Shown here: one piece after another, positions 9,228-15,859 of the stretch | Position numbering within the stretch: position 1 is the stretch's first letter | Layout of the letters: every line of letters starts with the position of its first letter | Origin: an uncultured Methanomassiliicoccales archaeon | Lineage (GTDB): Archaea; Thermoplasmatota; Thermoplasmata; RBG-16-68-12; JAJISG01 | Assembly (NCBI GenBank): GCA_964347325.1 | Contig: CAYFYA010000002.1 | Span: 44,812-64,811 of the forward strand | DNA length: 20,000 nt | Direction of reading: 5' to 3' | The notes under the pieces: model-generated | Databases searched by the model: none | The model's input: the letters and a program-made list of their open reading frames with translations, nothing else | What the model was told of the DNA's origin: nothing | Translations under genes and position numbers: made by a program

Positions 9228-10118
9228 TCACAAGAGGCCCAGCAGCAAGTTACCAACCACGAAGGTGAGGACGAAGGCGATGGCCATGGGGACCAGGAAG
9301 GGAATCTGGGGCGTGATCCACAGCCTCTTGATACCGAGTTCCTCTAGCCCGTCGAGCTCGGCTTCATCGACCTTCTTGCTCGGGAAGGCGTAATACCTGA
9401 CTCGCCCTTCCTCCGCTTCCTGCAGAGTCCAGGCGAAGCGTGGCAGTTTATCGACCGGCACTCTATAGCCGAGCAGCGCCTGGGGCCATCGGAAATCCCC
9501 CCTTACGACGTTGAGGAGCAGGAAGTACGGAGGGAGAAAGATGAGGAGGAGGGCTGCGTTCATCAGTGTGGATAGGGCGAATGGAAAGAAGACCTCGAAG
9601 GCTCCCAGGATTCGAGGGTCGAGGGGTATCAGGGGCAGCCCCAAGACCGCGGGGTATCCCGGTACGAGGAAGGCGATAGATATGAGGGCCTTGGCATCGG
9701 CCCCGCCCTTGAGAAGGCCCACGTAGTAGCAGAGGTACGTCAGGACCATCACGAAGAGCACCCCCAGTCCCCTCCTCAGCACACTCTGGGCCCCCTCATC
9801 GAAGGTCGTGAATCGAGCCAGGATCAGCACGACGGACAGGGCGCTAGCGGCGTAGATGAGAGCCGCGGAGAGCCTCTCGAACCTACCCTCCCCTCGTTCC
9901 CAGAGCAGGTCGATCAGCATTAGGGCCATAGGTACCAGGATGAGGTAGGTCCTCAGGTCCCCCGTCTGCGAAGCCGTCTCAATGCCCAAGACGACGAGGC
10001 CGACACCTCCCATCAGTGCCCAGGCCCAGTCTGGTGCGGTCCTCGTCTTCCAGTCGCGGAGGGCCACGTAGGAGAGGATGGCTGCTCCGAAGAGGAGGCG
10101 CACGAGGAAGAGGAGCAC
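9228..10118 (-). CDS. A24B-family preflagellin/prepilin peptidase-like membrane protease
   Basis: SYVALRDWKTRTAPDWAW (first catalytic Asp region after TM1) and LLKGGADAKALISIAFLVP (archaeal GGADAK second Asp motif), with multiple TM segments. An alternative GTG start at 10103 is better placed relative to a TATA-like CTTTTTAG (10120..10127). Confidence 0.85.
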   Translation of the reverse strand: MLLFLVRLLFGAAILSYVALRDWKTRTAPDWAWALMGGVGLVVLGIETASQTGDLRTYLILVPMALMLIDLLWERGEGRFERLSAALIYAASALSVVLILARFTTFDEGAQSVLRRGLGVLFVMVLTYLCYYVGLLKGGADAKALISIAFLVPGYPAVLGLPLIPLDPRILGAFEVFFPFALSTLMNAALLLIFLPPYFLLLNVVRGDFRWPQALLGYRVPVDKLPRFAWTLQEAEEGRVRYYAFPSKKVDEAELDGLEELGIKRLWITPQIPFLVPMAIAFVLTFVVGNLLLGLL

Positions 10119-10242
10119 AGGGATCGATTCACCTGTCCTCTAAAAAGGTTAAGCCACAGTTCGCACTCGTCGCTCCCAAGGGGCGGTCATCATAACTACC
10201 TGACAAACCTTTTATCCGCGACCCTTCTAGTGCCCTCGACCT

Positions 10243-12603
10243 ATGGCAAGCGAGGCTGTTACGTCGGAGAGACCCGTCAGGGCCCCGGTCCGCATCGAGC
10301 TAAGCCGTGATCTCGGGCTTTTCGACGTGACCATGATTGGCATAGGAGCCATGATAGGTGCTGGCATTTTCGTGCTGACAGGCAGTGCCGCCCACGTGGC
10401 TGGCCCCGCCGCAGTCCTAGCCTTCGGCATTAACGGCCTCGTGACGCTCCTAACGGCCTTTGCCTACGCAGAGCTAGGCAGCGCTTACCCCGAGGCAGGC
10501 GGCGGATACCTTTGGGCGAAGGAGGGGCTCCCGGCTCCCTCTGGCTTCTTAAGCGGTTGGATGTCCTGGGTGGCCCATATCATCGCCTGTGCTCTCTACG
10601 CCGCCGCGTTCTCACACGTCATCACTTTCACCCTTGGGGAGTACGGACTGCCCGTGGGAGGCGAGCCCATCTCAGTCGGGGGATTCACCTTCAACCTCGT
10701 GACTGTCTTCATCACGATAGCAATCGTGGCCTTCTTCGTCTTGGTCAACTACGTTGGGGCACAGACCACGGGGCGGACGGAGGGTCTTATCACCCTCGCC
10801 AAGATCGGAGTCCTCGCGGTCTTCATCGGCGTCGGCGCCTTCGCGATGGTCAAAGACCCGACGGCTCCGAGCCGATTCTGGGCCGACTTCGCCCCCAACG
10901 GCGCGGGGGGAATCCTACTCGCCATGGGCCTGACCTTTATCGCCTTCGAGGGCTACGAAATCATCGCCCAGTCAGGCGAAGAGGTGAAGCGCCCCAAGAG
11001 GAACATCCCCCGGGCGATCTTCCTCTCAATCGCCGTCGTTGTCACCACATACATCCTCACCTTTATCGTGGCCCTGGGCGTCGTGAGCTGCCCCGCTGAA
11101 CAGGAGGCTTGGCTATGCCTAGGCGGGCAGGACCCCGAGCTTGCCATGATTCGGGCGGCGGAGTCCCTCATGGGTCCCGTGGGCGTGGTCCTCATGGTGG
11201 GAGGCGCCCTCCTCGCCACGACCTCCGCCTTGAATGCCACAGTGTACTCCTCATCTCGGGTTAGCTTCGCCATGGGCCGGGATGGGGCGCTCCCCCGGTT
11301 CCTAGGCCGTGTGCACCCCCGTCGACACTCCCCTGCCAACGCTGTCCTCATCAGCGGCATCATCATTGTCATCTTCGCCGTCACGCTCCCCATCGAGCAA
11401 ATCGCCGCCTCGGCTGACATCATGTTCCTCCTCCTCTTCGTCATGGCGAACCTCAGCCTACTCAGCCTTCGCACGAAGCGGCCAGACCTGGATCGAGGCT
11501 TCCGGGTCCCCTTCGTCCCGTACATCCCGTTGGTGGCTATAGCTGCCAACATCTTCCTCGCCGTTTTCATCTGGAACCTGCCCGGTGAAGGCGTGGGCGG
11601 CGTTGGCGCCGGGCAGGTGGCCTGGTACATTGCCCTTCTTTGGCTCAGCGTAGGCCTCATCTATCACTTCTTCCGAGGAGGGCGGGAGGAGATAGCGAGG
11701 GCTCCGCCCATTAGGAGGGAGATCCTGGAGGTCATTGCTGCTCCCCTGCGAAGGGTGGAGAGGGTGGGGCGTCATGTCCTCCTTCCCCTTAGGGACCCCA
11801 CGAACCTGGGGATGGTGAGGCTTGGAGCCCAGGTGGCCAGGGAGCGAGAGGCGGAGCTCCTCATACTCCACGTCATCGAGGTGCCCCGGACGTTGCCCCC
11901 GAAGTCGGTCAGGTTCGGATACGTCGACGATCGCATCGCGGCGCTCCAGAAGCCAAGGGATCTGGCTCGCCAGATGGGCGTCCAGGCCTCCATACTGGTC
12001 AAGATTGCCCACAAGGTCTACGACACGATCCTCGAGACCGCCGAGCAGGAAAGGGTCGAGGCCATGATCCTGGGCTGGCGAGGGGAGCGTCCAGCGCGCG
12101 GTGGCCGCATCCTCGGCAGTAACATCGACTTCCTAGTTCAGAGGGCGAAGTGTGACGTGGTGGTGTACAAGCCCTTGGGCATCACGGAGAAGTTCGGGAA
12201 GATAACCCTCCTGGCCGGCCACGCATGGCACGTCACTCACGCTGCGAAGATGGCCGGCCTAGTCGCCAAGGAGCGCGGGGTCGAGGTCACTATCTTGAGC
12301 GTAATCCCCCACAAGTCGGTCGAGGAGGCGACCATCGCCGACGGCCGAAGGCTGAAGGCCGTCTTCGAGGAGATGGACGTGCAGAGCGAGCACAAGATCG
12401 TCTACTCTGGCTCTATAGTGGAGGCTGCGGCGAAGGAGTCGAGCAAGACCGACCTCCTGGTCATGGGTGCCAGTCCTACCTGGGTTCTCTCCAAGTACGC
12501 CTTCGGCCCCTTGGAGGACAGGATAGCCAAGCGGGTGACCTGCCCCGTGCTGATGTTCCGCAAGATGACCGAAAAACCTAGACTTGAAGAAACAGAAGCT
12601 TGA
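10243..12603 (+). CDS. APC-superfamily amino acid permease with C-terminal universal stress protein (USP) domains
   Basis: 786 aa: IGIGAMIGAGIFVLTG...AYAELGSAYPEAGGGYLWAKEG (APC motifs) and roughly 12 TM helices. The soluble C-terminus ELLILHVIEVP..AILGWRG..GRILGSNIDFLVQRAKCDVVVYKP continues to VTILSVIPHK...DLLVMGASPTWVLSKYAFGPLEDRIAKRVTCPVLMFRK (tandem USP-like). TTTTATC box about 30 nt upstream. Confidence 0.93.
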   Translation: MASEAVTSERPVRAPVRIELSRDLGLFDVTMIGIGAMIGAGIFVLTGSAAHVAGPAAVLAFGINGLVTLLTAFAYAELGSAYPEAGGGYLWAKEGLPAPSGFLSGWMSWVAHIIACALYAAAFSHVITFTLGEYGLPVGGEPISVGGFTFNLVTVFITIAIVAFFVLVNYVGAQTTGRTEGLITLAKIGVLAVFIGVGAFAMVKDPTAPSRFWADFAPNGAGGILLAMGLTFIAFEGYEIIAQSGEEVKRPKRNIPRAIFLSIAVVVTTYILTFIVALGVVSCPAEQEAWLCLGGQDPELAMIRAAESLMGPVGVVLMVGGALLATTSALNATVYSSSRVSFAMGRDGALPRFLGRVHPRRHSPANAVLISGIIIVIFAVTLPIEQIAASADIMFLLLFVMANLSLLSLRTKRPDLDRGFRVPFVPYIPLVAIAANIFLAVFIWNLPGEGVGGVGAGQVAWYIALLWLSVGLIYHFFRGGREEIARAPPIRREILEVIAAPLRRVERVGRHVLLPLRDPTNLGMVRLGAQVAREREAELLILHVIEVPRTLPPKSVRFGYVDDRIAALQKPRDLARQMGVQASILVKIAHKVYDTILETAEQERVEAMILGWRGERPARGGRILGSNIDFLVQRAKCDVVVYKPLGITEKFGKITLLAGHAWHVTHAAKMAGLVAKERGVEVTILSVIPHKSVEEATIADGRRLKAVFEEMDVQSEHKIVYSGSIVEAAAKESSKTDLLVMGASPTWVLSKYAFGPLEDRIAKRVTCPVLMFRKMTEKPRLEETEA

Positions 12604-13930
12604 AGCCCTCCTCGTGGAAGAGCTCCTGGGCCTTGGCGATCAGTTCGCTCTTGATCCTCTTCATCTCCCCGGGGTCAGTGATGTACGCCCACAGCTGGTA
12701 GCTCACTGTGTTTCCCTCCAGGTTCCGGGCGTAGACCTGGGGCTCAGGCTCTCCGAGGATTCCCTCGGTCCGCCTGGCGGCGTCAGTCAACAGGCTCTCG
12801 ACCTTCCAGTGGGGCACGTCGAAGCTCACGGTGACGTCCACGGTCATGGCGTAGGGCTTCGACCTGGTGAAGTTCATGATGGAGCTGGACAGTAGTTCCC
12901 TGTTCGGGAGGTTCACCATCTCTCCCTTGAGCGTCCGAACCTTTGTGCTGATGAGGCCCACCTCCAAGATATCACACACCAGGGACTCGCCCATCTTGAT
13001 CCGGTCTCCCTCGTGGAAGGGGTCGGTGTTCATGAGGCCGATCCCCGAAAGGGCGTTGCTGATGGGTTCGTAGAGGATCAGGACGGCGGTGAGGCCCACC
13101 AACACCAGGATGAGCCCGACCATGATGAGCTGGTCCGAGGAGAGTCCCGTGGAGAGGGTCATGAAGATGATCGCCAAGGAGGCCGCGCCGTACAGCATGT
13201 ACTTCGTGAAGACGCGGAAAAGGTCGACTACACGGGGGGTGAACTTGCCCGTCCTGGCCTTAAAATCGTCGTAGATGGAGTCGGCGAGTCGAAGGGCGAC
13301 GATCAGGAGGAACACAGTCGTGGCCAAGAGAGTGAGATAGCTTGGATTCAGAAGAGGAGCCAGAGGAGCGAATATGGCCTGGTCAATGAGGTCCCGAAGG
13401 GCCGCGTTCTCCGGCGGCAGGAGGGCAAGACCTCCGAGGACGGCTACGACGAGGCCGAGACCGTAGATGGTGTACTTGGAGATGACCTCCAGGGTTCCGA
13501 AGGAAGCGGCAGGCGCGACCTCATCGGGCTTCTCCTCCAGCTGGCCCCGTCTGTAGGACAGGTAACGACCCACAGCCCGGGCACCGATGACAGAGCCCAC
13601 GAGGGCGAAGACCACCAACAGGATAGACGGGACGTGGAGTACCAGGCCTCGGACTGGAGTTCTCATCTCCTGTATGTTCACGGCGAAGGCGACGAGAACC
13701 AGGATGGCGACGAGCCCTACCCAGGTGCCGACCAGGATCTTTCTGATGAGGTCCAGGGTTCGCCTCTCAAGGTACTTGCTCTCCTGGGCCTTCAGGTACT
13801 CGAAGAACCTGTTGACGTAGGCGATCAGATAGAGTAGCGCCACGCCGAGAAAGAAGGTGACGACAAAAGCCGGCCAGGAGGTGGCCAGAAACCCCGCCAG
13901 GTCCTGGGCGACCAGCGTGGGGGGGAGCAC
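12578..13930 (-). CDS. MscS-family small-conductance mechanosensitive channel
   Basis: SNALSGIGLMNTDPFHEGDRIKMGESLVCDILEVGLISTKVRTLKGEMVNLPNRELLSSSIMNFTRS is the MscS core. The ORF opens at 13972, but GTG 13930 sits about 26 nt after TATATA at 13954..13959, which lies inside the longer ORF. Confidence 0.88.
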   Translation of the reverse strand: MLPPTLVAQDLAGFLATSWPAFVVTFFLGVALLYLIAYVNRFFEYLKAQESKYLERRTLDLIRKILVGTWVGLVAILVLVAFAVNIQEMRTPVRGLVLHVPSILLVVFALVGSVIGARAVGRYLSYRRGQLEEKPDEVAPAASFGTLEVISKYTIYGLGLVVAVLGGLALLPPENAALRDLIDQAIFAPLAPLLNPSYLTLLATTVFLLIVALRLADSIYDDFKARTGKFTPRVVDLFRVFTKYMLYGAASLAIIFMTLSTGLSSDQLIMVGLILVLVGLTAVLILYEPISNALSGIGLMNTDPFHEGDRIKMGESLVCDILEVGLISTKVRTLKGEMVNLPNRELLSSSIMNFTRSKPYAMTVDVTVSFDVPHWKVESLLTDAARRTEGILGEPEPQVYARNLEGNTVSYQLWAYITDPGEMKRIKSELIAKAQELFHEEGFKLLFLQV

Positions 13931-13953
13931 GGACGCAATCAACCGAGGGTCTC

Positions 13954-13959
13954 TATATA
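13954..13959 (-). promoter_or_regulatory. TATA box for the MscS gene (overlaps the 5' end of the longest ORF)
   Basis: Reverse strand AATTATATAGAG, centred about 26.5 nt from the GTG at 13930, the spacing expected for an archaeal leaderless transcript. Confidence 0.6.
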
Positions 13960-13994
13960 ATTCTTTGTTCATGAGGACCGACCAGGATAATGGG

Positions 13995-14255
13995 TCAGAG
14001 AAGGTCGACGCTCACAGTCTCGACGCTGCTGACTCCCTGGATACCCTTCACGGCCTCCTCAGAGCGGTCCAGCTCACCGCCCGTGTCGTCCATCACGACG
14101 ATGGCCTCCAGGGCTACCAGTCCAAAGGCCACCGGCCTCTCAACGACCTCACGTAGGTCGTCGCCGAAGGCGTCGCGGAGGGTTTCCCCTATCCTGCCCA
14201 GGTCCGACTCCGCGTCGTCAGGCATGATCCTGAAAGTAACGGCAACTCTTGACAT
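13995..14255 (-). CDS. ef1b: Translation elongation factor 1 beta (aEF-1B beta)
   Basis: MSRVAVTFRIMPDDAESDLGRIGETLRDAFG...VERPVAFGLVALEAIVVMDDTGGELDRSEEAVKGIQGVSSVETVSVDLL matches the aEF1-beta family over its full length. Start is 4 nt after the upstream zinc-finger gene. Confidence 0.93.
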   Translation of the reverse strand: MSRVAVTFRIMPDDAESDLGRIGETLRDAFGDDLREVVERPVAFGLVALEAIVVMDDTGGELDRSEEAVKGIQGVSSVETVSVDLL

Positions 14256-14259
14256 GGGG

Positions 14260-14433
14260 TTACGGTCCCTGAAACCCGCACTCGGGACACTGGTAGGAGA
14301 CGCTCTGATCCCTACAGTGACCGCACCTCCCAACAGTAGCCTTCCCACAACTAGGGCATTTGAAGAGGACGGACCCCCTTTCAGTCAGGGGCTGGCCGCA
14401 GGAGACACAGCGGCTCTCGATCCATGCCAGCAC
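14260..14433 (-). CDS. Small zinc-finger protein (HVO_2753-like), linked to aEF1-beta
   Basis: ESRCVSCGQPLTERGSVLFKCPSCGKATVGRCGHCRDQSVSYQCPECGFQGP has four CxxC pairs and is adjacent to ef1b, a recurrent archaeal arrangement. GTG 14433 lies about 26 nt downstream of TTTTAATAAG (14454..14463). Confidence 0.85.
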   Translation of the reverse strand: MLAWIESRCVSCGQPLTERGSVLFKCPSCGKATVGRCGHCRDQSVSYQCPECGFQGP

Positions 14434-14595
14434 AGGCCGTCCCAAGGATGGCCCTTATTAAAACCCTTGCTTGTCGCGGTTCGGATGTGTTCAGGACCCC
14501 TCCATAGACGTCGCCCCTCTTCGATATTTTCAAGGGCCTGCAGCCCGATGCTGCTCACAACCGGGACCGCTGAGGCGACCCAGCGGGAGGTCCAC

Positions 14596-15237
14596 ATGGA
14601 GCGACGTGTAACTGACTGGGACAGCTACGTTCACTACAATCCATCCAACCTCCTCGTGAGGAAGCTATTCCTCGATGCGATGTTCAAGGGCTACCAGGAC
14701 CTGCTCAGACACGCCCTTTTCGTGAGACCCGTCTCGATCCTGGAACTTGGGGCCGGTACAGGCTACATCAGCCGACGCATCTCCGAGCTTCTGCCGACCC
14801 GAAGAATCACCCTGGTCGATTCTAATCCGAAGATGCTCGAAGTCTCGAAGAAGACCCTGGAGCCGACCGACTGCGAGAAGGAGTTCGTACACTCCGACAT
14901 CTTCGACCTGGACCTCGACAGGGGCTACGATGTGGTGCACAGCGCGGGCGTGGTAGAGCACTTCGGGTCCACCAGGAGGGCGGAGCTCCTGGCTCTCCAT
15001 GCAGCCTTCACGCTGGAGGGGGGATACTGTATTGTCTATGCCCCGACCCCAACTCGTGCCTACCGGTTCTGGCGCGGTCTCGCCGAGGCCCTCGACCTCT
15101 GGCCCTACCACGATGAGGCACCCCTAACAGCGGGGCAGTTGGTGCGAGAGGTGCAGTCCACGGGATTGGAGGTGCTCTCGGTTAACACCTTCTGGAACAT
15201 GTTTCTCACGGAGGCTGGGCTCATCGCCCGCAAGTGA
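14596..15237 (+). CDS. Class I SAM-dependent methyltransferase
   Basis: VRPVSILELGAGTGYISRRISELLPTRRITLVDSNPKMLEVSKKTL (motif I) and YDVVHSAGVVEHFGSTRRAELLALHAAFTLEGGYCIVYAPTPT (motifs II/III). The upstream part of the ORF-track entry (13990..14595) is antisense to ef1b and the zinc-finger gene and is not protein-like. Confidence 0.88.
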   Translation: MERRVTDWDSYVHYNPSNLLVRKLFLDAMFKGYQDLLRHALFVRPVSILELGAGTGYISRRISELLPTRRITLVDSNPKMLEVSKKTLEPTDCEKEFVHSDIFDLDLDRGYDVVHSAGVVEHFGSTRRAELLALHAAFTLEGGYCIVYAPTPTRAYRFWRGLAEALDLWPYHDEAPLTAGQLVREVQSTGLEVLSVNTFWNMFLTEAGLIARK

Positions 15238-15420
15238 AGCTTAACTGGACCGACCGTGGAGGGGCGAAACTTAATTATCGGAGTTGGGATTTCAGGTCAG
15301 TCTAGGGCGCTCGAACTACCCGATATGGCAAGGCATACCGTAAGGTTTATGAATTATCTCACACTTCCGCAAGAGCTGAACCCCGCCGCCGCTGACCGTG
15401 GGCCCGTAGCTCAGCTAGGT

Positions 15421-15447
15421 TGGACGGCCCGAGGCTGGTCCCTAGAA
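15421..15447 (+). other. tRNA-Lys intron 1 (27 nt), D-loop, position 20/21
   Basis: TGGACGGCCCGAGGCTGGTCCCTAGAA. Central helix CUAG(15415..15418)/CUAG(15442..15445), 5' bulge GU^U, 3' bulge AA^A, inner helix GGAC/GUCC extended by GGCC-cga-GGCU. Confidence 0.9.
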
Positions 15448-15464
15448 AGAGCATCTGGCTTTTA

Positions 15465-15507
15465 GGCGATGATCCCGAAGGCGAGGATAGGAGGGCGTTG
15501 CGTCGAA
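15465..15507 (+). other. tRNA-Lys intron 2 (43 nt), anticodon loop, canonical position 37/38
   Basis: GGCGATGATCCCGAAGGCGAGGATAGGAGGGCGTTGCGTCGAA. Bulges UA^G and AA^A, outer helix the anticodon stem, inner helix GCGAUG/CGUUGC plus CCC/GGG. The central 4-nt segment CUUU/GUCG pairs only at its ends. Confidence 0.88.
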
Positions 15508-15529
15508 ACCAGGTGGTCCGGGGTTCGAA

Positions 15530-15559
15530 ATTGCGTCTCTAAGGGAGGCGCAGCGAAAG
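15530..15559 (+). other. tRNA-Lys intron 3 (30 nt), T-loop, position 59/60
   Basis: ATTGCGTCTCTAAGGGAGGCGCAGCGAAAG. Outer helix T-stem CGGGG/CCCCG, central helix UUCG(15524..15527)/CGAA(15554..15557), bulges AA^A and AG^U, inner helix UUGCGUCUC/GAGGCGCAG with a G.U at each irregular position. Confidence 0.92.
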
Positions 15560-15602
15560 TCCCCGCGGGCCCGTCGGGCAGCGAGCAGCAGGAGGCTAAG
15601 CC

Positions 15603-15857
15603 ATGGCCTTCAACGTGATGGAACACGAACTGGTCCCCGAGCACTACCTCCTTTCGGATAAGGAAGCGGAGGAGGTCCTGGGTGAGCTTGGAGTGGACAA
15701 AGAGCAGCTTCCTAAGGTGAAGAGGGGAGATCCCTGTATCGAGTTTCTCGAAGAGGCCCTCGGGCAGGATATCGTCGAGGGTAGGATCATCAAGGTCGTT
15801 CGGAGGAGCCCCACGGCGGGCGTCTTCGTCGCCTTCAGAGTCGTAGTGGAGAGGTGA
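15603..15857 (+). CDS. rpoH: DNA-directed RNA polymerase subunit H
   Basis: [77 protein letters not shown] is typical of Rpo5/RpoH. SD-like AGGAGG about 8 nt upstream of ATG, directly upstream of rpoB. Confidence 0.96.
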   Translation: MAFNVMEHELVPEHYLLSDKEAEEVLGELGVDKEQLPKVKRGDPCIEFLEEALGQDIVEGRIIKVVRRSPTAGVFVAFRVVVER

Positions 15858-15859
15858 GC

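Larger units (their letters stand above)
15400..15573 (+). tRNA. tRNA-Lys(UUU) precursor containing three introns; no encoded CCA
   Basis: Exons 15400..15420, 15448..15464, 15508..15529 and 15560..15573 join to GGGCCCGTAGCTCAGCTAGGTAGAGCATCTGGCTTTTAACCAGGTGGTCCGGGGTTCGAATCCCCGCGGGCCCG (74 nt). Acceptor GGGCCCG/CGGGCCC, D-stem GCTC/GAGC, anticodon stem TCTGG/CCAGG with loop CTTTTAA, T-arm CGGGG-TTCGAAT-CCCCG, discriminator G. Anticodon TTT at 15461..15463. Confidence 0.95.

Noticed and set aside
8702-9268. Long antisense ORF (188 aa) and similar overlapping ORFs across hppA and DP2
   Set aside because: They lie opposite clearly conserved coding sequence in GC-rich DNA and have low-complexity, non-protein-like composition.
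13990-14595. N-terminal 200 aa of the ORF-track entry ending at 15237
   Set aside because: Antisense to ef1b and the zinc-finger gene and lacking motifs; the methyltransferase begins at about 14596.
15421-15425. Reading TTGGA as part of the mature D-loop, moving the intron 1 boundary downstream
   Set aside because: That boundary gives no bulge-helix-bulge and a longer D-loop. The cut after U15420 gives a 4-bp CUAG central helix and the typical D-loop AGCTAGGTA.
15256-15465. 69-aa ORF MEGRNLIIGVGISGQSRALELPDM...
   Set aside because: It runs into the tRNA-Lys gene and intron 1, has no recognisable motif, and crosses both TATA-like elements.
15465-15507. Possible C/D-box guide RNA inside intron 2 (GCGATGATCC resembles a C box)
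   Set aside because: No RUGAUGA match, no CUGA D box, and at 43 nt it is too short; the segment is explained by the inner splice stem.
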